The translations under genes were made by a program, and so were the position numbers. The notes beneath the pieces are model-generated. The model did not search any database, was not told the origin of the DNA, and saw only the letters and a list, made by a program, of their open reading frames with translations. From positions 1 through 38,645 of the forward strand of contig JBGSVZ010000055.1 in NCBI GenBank assembly GCA_041752695.1: a stretch of 38,645 bases of DNA, in the 5' to 3' direction. This stretch comes from Terrimicrobiaceae bacterium (GTDB taxonomy: Bacteria > Verrucomicrobiota > Verrucomicrobiia > Chthoniobacterales > Terrimicrobiaceae). This document shows, one piece after another, positions 1 to 9,837 of the stretch. How positions within the stretch are numbered: position 1 is the first letter of the stretch; every line of letters begins with the position of its first letter.

Positions 1-1
1 C

Positions 2-1135
2 CCGCGCGACGACCGCCGGGGCCCCCGGGAGCCGGAACCCCGTCCCGACCCCGTCCTTACCGGTTGGGACCTGACCATCCTCGCCGCGCCCAGTGGGATC
101 GACGGCCTCGCGCGCCAGATCAAATCCACCGCCGTCGCCTACCCCCTCTTCGACCTTGCCCAGCTTGTGCTGGAAAAATCCGAGCGCTACCTCGTCGCCC
201 TGCACCGCAAGGACGGTCCCGCGCTTTTTCAACTCACGACCGACGGCAGCGTGTGGCTGAACGAACGCGAAGCCATCGCCAACGCCCTCGCCCAGCACCT
301 CGACAAATTTTACACCCGCGAACGCGTCGCCATCGACCCCCCGAAGGGTTCCTACTCGTGCATCGCCGTCTGCGGTCTTAGCGACACGCTCATCGGACCG
401 CCGAACTACCACGACTACCAGGACCGCCTCCGCAAACTCCACGCCGAGCGCTACGCCAACATGCCCTTCGAGGCCTACAAGAGCCGCGTTCGCACCGTCC
501 GCGACGAGGAAATGATCCAGAAATGGAAAGACGAACGCTCCTCCCGCGATGAATTTGTCCCCCTCGCCACCCCGGAAGGGCAGGAGCCCGAAAAACTTGC
601 CACCCTCGCCGACGTGGAACGTCATTTTCGTCAGCATCACGCGCCAACGGTGATCGTTCCGGCCGGCGACAAGCTGAAAGTCCCCGGCCCGGCCCTTCTG
701 AATTCCTCCACGCCATCCGCCCTCACCCTCGCGCGGCGCATGGTGGACGAACTGCGCCGCTTCCCCCTCCCTCTGGCGCACTCGCTGGGCCAGGCCTTGG
801 TCGGACGCGGACTCCACATCTTCAAGGCGCACGAAAACATCACCTACGTTTCCATCGCCCGTCCGCGGCATCTCGACCGCGCCACCACCCCGGTTTCCGA
901 CGCCCTCAGCAGCATCCTCACGTACCTGGAGGAACATCCGAAAACCCCGGCCGGCGAACGCCGCAAGGCCCTCGCCGCCCTTCGCCCCGCCGCTGAAGGA
1001 GGCGAAACCGAACGCGACGCCGGCGTCGCCCGCGACCTCTCCTGGCTGCTCCATGAGGGGTACGTTGTGGACTACGCCCGCCTCGGCCTGGAGGCTGTAC
1101 GCCGCCCTCGCTCCCGTCAGGAACAGCCGCAATAA
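2..1135 (+). CDS. hypothetical protein, 5'-partial
   Basis: The frame of ORF 167..1135 stays open back to base 2 (PRDDRRGPREPEPRPDPVLTGWDLTILAAPSGIDGLARQIKSTAVAYPLFDLAQLVLEKS...). GC3-rich codon usage; no family motif recognised. Confidence 0.8.
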   Translation, partial: PRDDRRGPREPEPRPDPVLTGWDLTILAAPSGIDGLARQIKSTAVAYPLFDLAQLVLEKSERYLVALHRKDGPALFQLTTDGSVWLNEREAIANALAQHLDKFYTRERVAIDPPKGSYSCIAVCGLSDTLIGPPNYHDYQDRLRKLHAERYANMPFEAYKSRVRTVRDEEMIQKWKDERSSRDEFVPLATPEGQEPEKLATLADVERHFRQHHAPTVIVPAGDKLKVPGPALLNSSTPSALTLARRMVDELRRFPLPLAHSLGQALVGRGLHIFKAHENITYVSIARPRHLDRATTPVSDALSSILTYLEEHPKTPAGERRKALAALRPAAEGGETERDAGVARDLSWLLHEGYVVDYARLGLEAVRRPRSRQEQPQ

Positions 1136-1230
1136 GGGCGGCTCGCCGGTCTGGAAAGAGGTTTGTCCGATTTTCCCACGCCCATGGACCACCGGGTTGC
1201 CGCGGACGTTGACACCGCTCGTTTTGTGCG

Positions 1231-3735
1231 ATGAATGAGCGCCCACTGTCCGACCACCCGCTGCTGCGCCGAGTCCCGAAATCCCCCGACTGCTCGAACC
1301 ACGAGTTACTGACGGCCTTTCTGGACTATGTGGCCGAGAAGGAACTGGAGCTCTACCCGGCGCAGGAAGAGGCGATCCTTGAGCTGTTTGATGACCGCAA
1401 CGTCATCCTCAACACGCCCACGGGCTCGGGGAAGTCGTTGGTTGCGCTGGCCCTGCATTTTCGATCGATGGCGAAGGGACGTCGATCCGTTTACACCTGC
1501 CCGATCAAGGCACTGGTGAATGAGAAGTTCCTGGCCCTGTGCCGCGACTTCGGTCCCGACAATGTCGGCATGGCCACGGGTGATGCGACAGTGAACCGCC
1601 ACGCGCCGATCCTCTGCTGCACGGCGGAAATTCTGGCCAACCACGCGCTGCGGGACGCGGCAGAGACGCCCTTCCGCGAGCTGATCATGGACGAGTTCCA
1701 TTATTACTCGGACAAAGAACGGGGCGTCGCGTGGCAGGTGCCTTTGCTAACCATGAGCAACTCGCGATTCCTTCTGATGTCGGCGACCATGGGCGGCTCG
1801 GGCTTCTTTCAAGAGGAACTCACCCGACTGACGGGGGCCGAAACCAAGGTCGTGGCCTCGTATGAGCGTCCCGTGCCGCTGGAGTTCAGCTATGTGCAAA
1901 CTTCAGTCGATGGGACATTGCAGGAACTCGTCGCGGCCAATAAAGCGCCGGTTTATCTCGTGCACTTCACGCAAAATGAAGCCGCACAGGCCGCGCAGGA
2001 CCTCATGAGCCTGAACTTTTGTTCGGCCGCCGAAAAAACTGCGATCAAGGAAGTGATGGCCGGGGCCAAGTTCACCAGCCCGTATGGCAAGGAGGTCAAA
2101 AAATTCCTCAGCCACGGTGTCGGCATCCATCACGCCGGTTTGTTGCCAAAGTATCGCGTGCTCGTCGAAAAACTGGCGCAGCGCGGTCTGCTCAAGGTGA
2201 TCTGCGGCACCGACACACTCGGCGTCGGCGTGAACGTCCCGATCCGCACTGTGCTGCTCACGCGATTGAGCAAATACAGCGGCGAAAAAGTTGCCACGCT
2301 CACCGCGCGGGACTTCCACCAGATCACCGGCCGGGCCGGCCGGCGCGGCTTTGACGACCGCGGCTACGTGGTGTGTCAGGCCCCGGAACACGTCATCGAA
2401 AATGCCAAGATGGAGGCCAAGGCCGCCGGCGACGTGAAGAAGCAGCGCAAGATGGTGAAAAAGAAGCCACCCGAGGGTTTTGTCGGCTGGAATGAAGACA
2501 CCTTCAAAAAGCTGCAATCTGCCTCACCCGAGCCGCTGGTCTCGCGTTTTCAAGTTTCGCACGGCATGCTGCTCCAGGTGCTTGGTCGCAGCGGGGACAG
2601 TTGCGCGGCCATGCGCCGAATCATTGCCGATTCGCACGAAACGACGAACGCGAAAACCCTACACGAGAAGCGGGCGTGGCAGCTTTTCCGGGCCCTGGTG
2701 GAGCGGAAGATCGTGACGATCCTGCCGCCCGCATCGCGCGGAGCGGACGGCACAAAACTGCGCCTCAACGTCGAGTTGCAGGACGACTTTTCGCTCAACC
2801 ACACCCTCTCGCTTTATCTGATCGATACGCTCGCTTTGATCGATCCGGCCTCCGTGACCTACGCGGCCGATGTGCTGACCCTGTGCGAATCCATCCTCGA
2901 AAACCCGGACATCATTCTGCGCCGCCAGCTCGACGCCGTGAAGACCGAGGCCATGACCGCCATGAAAAACGACCGGGTGCCCTACGAGGAGCGCATCGCC
3001 CGGCTGGAGGAACTGGAATACCCGAAACCCTGCCGCGACTTCATCTACAGCACTTTCAACGCCTTCAGCGACGCGCATCCCTGGGTCGGCGAGGAAAACA
3101 TCCGCCCGAAAAGCATTGCCCGGGAGATGTTCGAAAATTTCCGCAATTTCACCGACTACGTTCAAGACTACGACCTTGCCCGCACTGAAGGCGTGCTCCT
3201 GCGGCATCTTTCCAGCGTGCACAAGGTGCTGGCGCAAACCGTGCCGGACACGTTCAAGACGGAAGCCGTGCAGGAGATGGAAGCCTGGCTTGCGGGCGTG
3301 CTGCGCGGCACGGATTCCAGTCTGCTCGACGAATGGGAGAAACTCCGCGACCCGAATTTCCAGCCCGTCGAAGTCGAGGAAAAGCCCCTGGAGGCACCCG
3401 ACATCACCCGGAACAAACGCGAGTTCACCGCACTCATCCGGACGGAAATCTTCCGCTATATGCAGTCGCTCGTGCGAGGCGAGATCGACCGGCCCGAACT
3501 GGCGGACTATTACACCGACCACGAACGGATCCGCCTCGACAACGAAGCCCGCAACGGCCGCCACACCTACGTCGAGCCCAACGATGACGGCCAGACGTGG
3601 CGGGTTCACCAAGTCCTCATCGATCCCGAAGAACGAAACGACTGGCAGCTCGAATTCCGCGTCAATCTGCCGCAAGCCCGCGAAGACGGGAAACCCACGC
3701 TGGAGTTTGTGAGTCTGAGCCGGATCGGCCGGTAG
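1231..3735 (+). CDS. Ski2/HelY-like DEAD/DEAH-box helicase, probably with a C-terminal DUF3516 region
   Basis: Motifs [39 protein letters not shown] and [10 protein letters not shown]; 834 aa. Confidence 0.92.
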   Translation: MNERPLSDHPLLRRVPKSPDCSNHELLTAFLDYVAEKELELYPAQEEAILELFDDRNVILNTPTGSGKSLVALALHFRSMAKGRRSVYTCPIKALVNEKFLALCRDFGPDNVGMATGDATVNRHAPILCCTAEILANHALRDAAETPFRELIMDEFHYYSDKERGVAWQVPLLTMSNSRFLLMSATMGGSGFFQEELTRLTGAETKVVASYERPVPLEFSYVQTSVDGTLQELVAANKAPVYLVHFTQNEAAQAAQDLMSLNFCSAAEKTAIKEVMAGAKFTSPYGKEVKKFLSHGVGIHHAGLLPKYRVLVEKLAQRGLLKVICGTDTLGVGVNVPIRTVLLTRLSKYSGEKVATLTARDFHQITGRAGRRGFDDRGYVVCQAPEHVIENAKMEAKAAGDVKKQRKMVKKKPPEGFVGWNEDTFKKLQSASPEPLVSRFQVSHGMLLQVLGRSGDSCAAMRRIIADSHETTNAKTLHEKRAWQLFRALVERKIVTILPPASRGADGTKLRLNVELQDDFSLNHTLSLYLIDTLALIDPASVTYAADVLTLCESILENPDIILRRQLDAVKTEAMTAMKNDRVPYEERIARLEELEYPKPCRDFIYSTFNAFSDAHPWVGEENIRPKSIAREMFENFRNFTDYVQDYDLARTEGVLLRHLSSVHKVLAQTVPDTFKTEAVQEMEAWLAGVLRGTDSSLLDEWEKLRDPNFQPVEVEEKPLEAPDITRNKREFTALIRTEIFRYMQSLVRGEIDRPELADYYTDHERIRLDNEARNGRHTYVEPNDDGQTWRVHQVLIDPEERNDWQLEFRVNLPQAREDGKPTLEFVSLSRIGR

Positions 3736-3759
3736 CCCAGCCACGCCGGTAGCGAGTCT

Positions 3760-5181
3760 TTACCGGTATCCCGGCAAAAACGCCTGCTCGGCCCGGAACA
3801 TTTCCAGGGTCATCGCCTTGATCTCCGCCGGACTGCACATCGCAGCGCTCAGCGGATCCAGCATCAGCGCATGAATCGCAGCTTCCTTGCTGCGTTCCAT
3901 CGCGGCGGTCGCACCGAGATCGAACATCCCGAGATTGGACGCGCAGACCGCCGCCATCTGCGCGGGCAGCGCGCCGAACCGCGTGGGCTGAACGCCATTG
4001 CGGTCAATCAGGCAGGCGACTTCCACGCAGGCATTCGCCGGGAGGTTGCTGATGAGCGACGCGCCCGTATTCATCACGTTGCCATGGATGCGGAACGGGG
4101 TGTCTTTTTCCCGGGCTTCCATGATCCAGCTCGCGTATTCCCAACTGCGATCCCAGGCGATGGGCTTGGTTCCCTTCACCATGGCAAGACGGTCGGCGTC
4201 GGCGTTCTTCCGCCAGGTCGGCCAGTTATTGACGTAAAAGCCCGACTCGCCGTGATAGCCGGGACGGCTGTAGGTGTCGATCAGGTCCTTCCGTGTGCGG
4301 TAGTAGGGAAGGTATTCCGAAAGGTGGCCGCTGGATTCCGTGATGAACGCACCGAAATGGACCATCATGTCCTTGCGCACAAGATCATGCGCATCCTCGG
4401 GATTCCCCGGCCGGCCCGCGAGGTCCTCGCGAGCTTTCTTCATCAAAAGCGGATAGAGGTCCTTGCCGAGGTGTTTGAGTTTCACAAACCACGCCAGGTG
4501 ATTAATGCCGGCACATTCCCATTCCATTTCGTCGATGGGAACGCCCGCCCGCGACGCGAGGAGCTGGCTTGTGCCTTGCACAGAGTGACACAGGCCCACC
4601 ACCTGCATGGCTGATGTGCGGGCTGCGGCCAGGCACATCATGTTCATCGGGTTGGTGTAATTCAGCACGATGGCATCCGGACACAATTTCTCCGCGTCCT
4701 TGAGCACCTCCAGCCAGACGGGAATGGTCCGGAGGGATTTGAACAGCCCGCCCGGCCCGATGGTGTCCCCGATGCACTGATCGATACCGTATTTTGACGG
4801 AATGTCGTTGTCATGGCGGACACACTCCAAGCCGCTCACTTCGATGCAGTTGACAATGTATTGACTGCCCTTGAGTACGTCGCGGCGGTTGGGAGAGGCG
4901 ATGACCTTCCAGTTCTTCGCGCGCAGTTTGCCGATGAGCTTTTCGATCAACTGCTTCATTGTGCGCAGCCGGGCGGTGTCGATATCCACCAGGGCAATCA
5001 CCCCGCCCTGCTGCCCGGGGATGCGCAGCACGTCGTTGACCAGCCGCGGAGTGAATCCGCTGCCCGCTCCCAACATGGTGATCTTGATCGGACGGAGAAA
5101 CCGGCCGGGCAGACCCGCACTGGCGGAGGATTTGGTGTGTTCGGAGTGACCGGCGGATTTTTTGAGGGAAGAAGAAGCCAT
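3760..5181 (-). CDS. GH4 NAD+/Mn2+-dependent glycosidase (alpha-galactosidase/alpha-glucosidase, MelA-like)
   Basis: KITMLGAGS Rossmann motif, DTIGPGG, NYTNP, GLCHS, AGINH, TESSGHLSEY, C-terminal ALMLDPL. True start may be downstream of 5181. Confidence 0.92.
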   Translation of the reverse strand: MASSSLKKSAGHSEHTKSSASAGLPGRFLRPIKITMLGAGSGFTPRLVNDVLRIPGQQGGVIALVDIDTARLRTMKQLIEKLIGKLRAKNWKVIASPNRRDVLKGSQYIVNCIEVSGLECVRHDNDIPSKYGIDQCIGDTIGPGGLFKSLRTIPVWLEVLKDAEKLCPDAIVLNYTNPMNMMCLAAARTSAMQVVGLCHSVQGTSQLLASRAGVPIDEMEWECAGINHLAWFVKLKHLGKDLYPLLMKKAREDLAGRPGNPEDAHDLVRKDMMVHFGAFITESSGHLSEYLPYYRTRKDLIDTYSRPGYHGESGFYVNNWPTWRKNADADRLAMVKGTKPIAWDRSWEYASWIMEAREKDTPFRIHGNVMNTGASLISNLPANACVEVACLIDRNGVQPTRFGALPAQMAAVCASNLGMFDLGATAAMERSKEAAIHALMLDPLSAAMCSPAEIKAMTLEMFRAEQAFLPGYR

Positions 5182-5261
5182 GCCCAGACCCTGCCACAGC
5201 CCCGCGGATCCGCCGAGAAAGAAGGTGTGACATGGGAGTGTCCTTTTGTGATATTCTTCCC

Positions 5262-6161
5262 ATGTCGAAACATCCCTCCGAGTTTCCCGGAATCACGCTA
5301 CCTTTTGGTATTGTCGACGAATGGACTACCTCCCCCCGCTACGAGTGGAACAACGCCGATCGCGGAGACGGGCAATTTGTGATCATCCAGCGGACCACTT
5401 CGGGACGGGGCGAGTTTTTTTGGGAAGGAACATCCTTTGCGGTGCCGCCTGGTCATGCTTTCATCGCGACCGTCCCCGAGCCGAGTTCCTACCGCTACCC
5501 CCAGGAAGAAAAGTCCCCGTGGAGATTTTCCTGGCTCAATTTCTATGGCCCCCTCGCCGTGCGGCTCTGCGAGGATCTGCGAAGGCAGTTCGGTCCCGTA
5601 CTTCCCCTGCCCCGCCGTTCGCCCGCCGGCTCCGCCTTTGACGCGCTCGTCGCGCAGGGGGCGCGGCGCAATCCCGCGGATCCCCACGAAACCAGCCTCG
5701 CCTGTTTCGGGTTTTTGGTGGAATGGGCGCGTCAGCTCAGCCGGCCCTCGGACCATCCGGACCCCGTCGAAACCGCCCTGCGCATCTGTCAGGCGCGTTT
5801 CCGGGAGCCTCTGGGGGTGAAGGAACTCGCGGCGGAAGCGGGAATTTCCCGCGAGCATTTTACCCGCCTTTTCACCGAACGCACCGGACTCTCACCCGCG
5901 CTCCATCTGCGCAATCTCCGCACGGACGCGGCCCGCCGGATGCTCCGGGGCGGTTTGGTGCCCGTCAAGGAAGCCGCTCTCCGCTGCGGATTTTCGTCAC
6001 CGCGCGCGCTTAGCCGTGCCCTGGAAGCGCGGAAATCCTTTGTGCATCCTTCTCCAGATGTTTCGCACCCAGCAGCCAGAGAATCCCCGCCACCATCATC
6101 GCGAAGGACACCACGACAAAACCAATCGTCAGGCTCCACCGGTCGGCAATCGCCCCGATGA
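5262..6161 (+). CDS. AraC-family transcriptional regulator
   Basis: N-terminal cupin-like region plus double HTH (LAAEAGISREHFTRLF...GLSP...AALRCGFSS). Divergent from the GH4 gene. Start ATG 5262, alternative 5232. Confidence 0.88.
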   Translation: MSKHPSEFPGITLPFGIVDEWTTSPRYEWNNADRGDGQFVIIQRTTSGRGEFFWEGTSFAVPPGHAFIATVPEPSSYRYPQEEKSPWRFSWLNFYGPLAVRLCEDLRRQFGPVLPLPRRSPAGSAFDALVAQGARRNPADPHETSLACFGFLVEWARQLSRPSDHPDPVETALRICQARFREPLGVKELAAEAGISREHFTRLFTERTGLSPALHLRNLRTDAARRMLRGGLVPVKEAALRCGFSSPRALSRALEARKSFVHPSPDVSHPAARESPPPSSRRTPRQNQSSGSTGRQSPR

Positions 6162-7263
6162 GCGGCGGCGAAATGGCATCGCCCAGGGCGTGAATGACAA
6201 AGATGTTCACGGCAAAGGCCGTGGCCCGCACCGAGGGACTGGTGACATTGGCGATGGCGGTGTTGGCCGGGCCGATGTTGAAAAAGAGGAAAAAGATCGC
6301 CAGAAAACACAGCACCCAAGCCAGCGGAAACGGCGCGGCGAGCATCGCGAGGGTCAGGGGAAACGATAGCAAGATCCCACACCCCGAGACCCAAAAATAG
6401 GCCCCCCTCACCCGCTGCGCCAGCCGGTCTGCCAGCCAGCCGCCGAACAAGGTCGCCGATAATCCGGCCACCGCCGTGATTCCTCCAAAGATCAAATTGA
6501 CCTGAGCAAGATCCGCCTGACCGCGTTCGCGGAAAAAATAGGCCGGGGCCCAAAAGGAAATGCCGCCGATGGCAAAGGTCATGGCCGTCTGCGCCGCGAC
6601 ATTGTACACATAAGACGGAATGCGAATGAGACCCTTGTAATCCGTCCACGTTGCGTGTTTGCGCTCCGCACTTCCTGCCGGACGACGGTCTTTCATGAGC
6701 AGGCACAGGCCAGCCAGGATCAGGCCCGGAATGGCCGCGTAATGGAATGGGGCGCGCCAGCCGTGCGCGGCCCCGACCATGCCGCCAAACAAATAGCCGA
6801 GAGCGCTGCCAAACGGAATCGCTGCAAAAAACCACGCCAGCACCAGCCCGCGACGCTCTTTGGGGAAAAGGTCCGCGATGATCGTCGGTGCGGCCGGACC
6901 GTAGGCGGCCTCGCCTGCACCCACCAGAATGCGTGCCGCCACCAGCACGGCAAAAACCGGGGCCCAACCCGAACCCGAAGTCGCGAGACTCCAGAGGGCG
7001 GCTCCAAAGGCGATGATTTTCCAGCGGGAATACCGGTCGGACATCCAGCCAAACACGGGCGACAGCACCATGTAGCTGAGGAGAAAAACCGTGGCCAACG
7101 AGCCGGTTTTCGCCATGGCGTTCGGGTCGTCCGGCCCGAAGAAAGTTTTGCTGATTTCCGGCTCAAGCGCCGCCAAAATATAGCGATCGAGGTAACAGAA
7201 CAGATTAAGCGTGAGCAGCAGCGCAAGTGCGCGCCGGGCGCCGGGTTGCCGATTCACGCTCAA
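6010..7263 (-). CDS. MFS transporter (Spinster-like)
   Basis: About 12 hydrophobic segments; LNLFCYLDRY, GWMSDRYSR, RILVGAGEA, ADLFP.ERRG, GGWLADR, HALGDAISP. Start TTG 7263 or GTG 7257. Confidence 0.9.
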   Translation of the reverse strand: MSVNRQPGARRALALLLTLNLFCYLDRYILAALEPEISKTFFGPDDPNAMAKTGSLATVFLLSYMVLSPVFGWMSDRYSRWKIIAFGAALWSLATSGSGWAPVFAVLVAARILVGAGEAAYGPAAPTIIADLFPKERRGLVLAWFFAAIPFGSALGYLFGGMVGAAHGWRAPFHYAAIPGLILAGLCLLMKDRRPAGSAERKHATWTDYKGLIRIPSYVYNVAAQTAMTFAIGGISFWAPAYFFRERGQADLAQVNLIFGGITAVAGLSATLFGGWLADRLAQRVRGAYFWVSGCGILLSFPLTLAMLAAPFPLAWVLCFLAIFFLFFNIGPANTAIANVTSPSVRATAFAVNIFVIHALGDAISPPLIGAIADRWSLTIGFVVVSFAMMVAGILWLLGAKHLEKDAQRISALPGHG

Positions 7264-7267
7264 ACCC

Positions 7268-7573
7268 TCAGCCGCGTTTCCAGAAGGTCTTCACCAGATA
7301 GGCCAGACCGATCACGATAAAGAGGAACGGCCAGAAGGTGATTCCGGTTTGCAGATGCATTTTCGTGACGACACCGACGATTCCGATGCCGAGCAGGATG
7401 GCAATGCCCACGATGTTCTCTCCCAGTCGCCCGTCGAGCAAAGCGGCCACCAGCATGGCCACGGCAATGACAAACATGATGCCTGGCCACCAGAAGTTGA
7501 ACAGGGCGACGATACCGAGCCCGACCAGAAAAACACCCGTGAACGCGTGATTGCCGTTTTTTGACCTCGCCAT
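7268..7573 (-). CDS. small four-TM membrane protein (LiaF/LiaI-TM-like)
   Basis: 101 aa from ATG 7573; four hydrophobic helices with WWPG and FWPFLFIVIG motifs; ends 4 nt before the MFS gene. Confidence 0.7.
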   Translation of the reverse strand: MARSKNGNHAFTGVFLVGLGIVALFNFWWPGIMFVIAVAMLVAALLDGRLGENIVGIAILLGIGIVGVVTKMHLQTGITFWPFLFIVIGLAYLVKTFWKRG

Positions 7574-7594
7574 GGCGTTTACTCCACCAGAGGC

Positions 7595-7690
7595 AGACAC
7601 GAATTGCACGAATTTCCACGAATTTTGAAGAGAGGCGAAAAAAGGCCGGTTTCTCCCGGGAATTCGTGTCCCTTCGTGCAATGCGTGTCT
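7595..7690. repeat. long imperfect palindrome built from three CACGAA units per arm (REP-like)
   Basis: Arm 7595-7624 AGACACGAATTGCACGAATTTCCACGAATT matches the reverse complement of 7661-7690 at 25 of 30 positions; 36-nt spacer. Confidence 0.85.
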
Positions 7691-7749
7691 TTCCCGAAAT
7701 CGGAAACTCGCAATTGCGTCCCGCCGCTTCGTGGATATGCTCCGGCGCG

Positions 7750-9837
7750 GTGGTCAGGTTTTTCGTTTACGGCATCCCAGTTTTGCTCGTCGCCCTTTTG
7801 GTGGCGTCGTTTTTGACCGTGGCGTCGTTTTCCACGGATCGGAAAAACGAACTGACCATTGCCTCGATCGGGGAACCCACCAAGCTCAACCCGATCCAGT
7901 CCGCCGAGTCCGGGGCCAGCGAGGTCGAGCAGTTCCTTTTTGAAGGCCTGCTGCAATATGATCAGAACCTGCAGATCAGCCCTCAGCTCGCGAAGTCTTT
8001 CAGCCTCAGCCAGACCACCACGATTTACTTTCAAGGACCCACCGCGGCGTTGACGGCCCTGAGTTTTGTCCGCGCCGCCAAGGAGGCCTGGGCGGACCTG
8101 TCGCTGCTCGAAGCCCGCGCGGAGGGAACAAAGCTGTACCTCAAATTCGGGCTGCCCGGGATGACCGCGAGTGAGAAGATCTACGAGTTGTTTAATCCCG
8201 CCTCGACTCTGCCCCTCACCACCCTGCGGGCCGAGACGGGTGGCGAGGCCCGGGCGTTGCTCAAGGAGTTCCAAGAGGCCAACATCGACCTGCCCATCGT
8301 GCGTGCGTGGTTTGATTACGATGCGGCTTTTGAAATCACCATTCCTGGAGAGGCCAAACAGGCGCTGGAAGATCTGAAAGCCTTTCTGGCGAAGAAGGGC
8401 AAGGAAAAGGCCACTGTCGTGGTGACCGAGACCCGCAAGTTTCTGGCCGAGCCGGTGGTCCAATTTATTCTCCGCGATGACGTGCGCTGGCACGATGGTG
8501 CGCCATTCTCTTCGAAAGATGTGGCGTTCACCTATCGTTCCCTCGTGAATGAAGCCGTCGCCTCGCCCCGCAAATCGGACTTCGACTTGATCCAAAGTCT
8601 CGAGACACCGGGGCCGCATGAGGTGCTGGTGACGTACCGCAAACCGTTTTCCCCCGCCCTCACCAGTTGGATGATCCCCCTCCTCCCCGCCCACATTCTG
8701 GAGGACAAACCCGTCACCTGGTGGAACGACAACTTCAACCGCCGCCCGATTGGCCTCGGGCCTTTCAAGTTTTCGTCCTGGAAAACCAACGAGACGCTCC
8801 GGTTGGTGGCCAACGACGATTATTATCAGGGCAAACCGTGGCTGGAGGCCGTGGTCTTTCGCTACCTTCCCGATCCCATCGCGGTCCGACTTTCTTTCAT
8901 GACCCGACAGACGGATTTCTGGGGAGTCGATCCCTGGGCGGTCAAATCCTACATCGACGACCCGCGTTTCCAGGTGTTCCGCTACCCCTCGAATTCGTAC
9001 ACCTACGTCGGCTGGAATCTCCGCAACCCGCTCTTCCAGGATCTGCGCGTGCGCACGGCTTTTGCCCATGCCGTCAACGTGCCGGAGATGATCAAATACA
9101 TCCTTTACGGCAACGGCGTGCAGAGCACCGGCATTTTTCTCCCGCACTTCTGGTTCGCCAATCCCGACATCAAGCCCATTCCGTACAGCCCGGAAACCGC
9201 CAAACGCCTGCTCGACGAGGCCGGCTGGAAACCGGGGCCCGACGGTATCCGGGTGAAGGATGGCAAACGCCTGGAGTTCACCCTGCTCTCGAACCAGGCG
9301 AACGAGGTCCGCAAGGACATCGCCACGTTGGTGCAGGACAATCTCGGCGATATCGGCGTCGAGGTGAAGGTCGAGATCTATGAGTGGGCGGTATTCATCA
9401 GTCGCTTTGTCAACAAACTGGAATTCGAAGCACTGGTTCTCGGTTGGAATACCGGGGTGGATTTCGATGCCTACCAGGTCTGGCATTCCTCCCAGACCAA
9501 TCCGGAGCAATTGAATTTCGTCGGCTACAAGAATCCCAAGGCGGACAAGCTGATCGAACAACTGCGTCAGGAATTTGACCCCGAAAAGATCAAGGCGATG
9601 GCGGGCGAGCTGCAGCGAATCATCTACGAGGACCAGCCGTATTTGTTTCTTTTCGTGCCGGACGCCACCTCCGTGATCTGGAAAAACAGCTTCCGCATCT
9701 GCCGCCCGGACGGCAAGGGAGGTTTTGTCGATACCCCCGTCGAAATCACCAAGGCAGGCTGGACGTATTATTTGCAATGGTTTTACCGGCCGGAATACGC
9801 GGACAGACTGCCGGCTAATCGGGAGGTGCGACCATGA
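7750..9837 (+). CDS. peptide/nickel ABC transporter substrate-binding protein (family 5, OppA/AppA-like) with an internal insertion
   Basis: N-terminal hydrophobic anchor, LNPI, LFEGLL, LRDDVRWHDG.PF...DV.FT, PIGLGPFK, DLRVR.A, AKRLLDEAGW, DGIRVKDGKRL. Start GTG 7750 preferred because the upstream ATG at 7681 lies inside the palindrome. Confidence 0.9.
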   Translation: MVRFFVYGIPVLLVALLVASFLTVASFSTDRKNELTIASIGEPTKLNPIQSAESGASEVEQFLFEGLLQYDQNLQISPQLAKSFSLSQTTTIYFQGPTAALTALSFVRAAKEAWADLSLLEARAEGTKLYLKFGLPGMTASEKIYELFNPASTLPLTTLRAETGGEARALLKEFQEANIDLPIVRAWFDYDAAFEITIPGEAKQALEDLKAFLAKKGKEKATVVVTETRKFLAEPVVQFILRDDVRWHDGAPFSSKDVAFTYRSLVNEAVASPRKSDFDLIQSLETPGPHEVLVTYRKPFSPALTSWMIPLLPAHILEDKPVTWWNDNFNRRPIGLGPFKFSSWKTNETLRLVANDDYYQGKPWLEAVVFRYLPDPIAVRLSFMTRQTDFWGVDPWAVKSYIDDPRFQVFRYPSNSYTYVGWNLRNPLFQDLRVRTAFAHAVNVPEMIKYILYGNGVQSTGIFLPHFWFANPDIKPIPYSPETAKRLLDEAGWKPGPDGIRVKDGKRLEFTLLSNQANEVRKDIATLVQDNLGDIGVEVKVEIYEWAVFISRFVNKLEFEALVLGWNTGVDFDAYQVWHSSQTNPEQLNFVGYKNPKADKLIEQLRQEFDPEKIKAMAGELQRIIYEDQPYLFLFVPDATSVIWKNSFRICRPDGKGGFVDTPVEITKAGWTYYLQWFYRPEYADRLPANREVRP

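Noticed and set aside
1231..3735. Helicase as part of an anti-phage defence system
   Set aside because: It looks like a stand-alone HelY-type helicase with no nuclease, methylase or other defence genes nearby.
7595..7690. CACGAA repeats as a CRISPR array or tRNA
   Set aside because: Units are 6 bp with 3-4 bp spacers and are inverted; no cas genes and no cloverleaf or T-loop motif.
7579..9777. Long antisense ORFs (e.g. 7579..9777, 13177..14760, 21007..22548, 27633..29045, 31237..32706, 34028..35443)
   Set aside because: Each mirrors a well-supported gene on the other strand and has no motifs; expected shadow ORFs in high-GC DNA.
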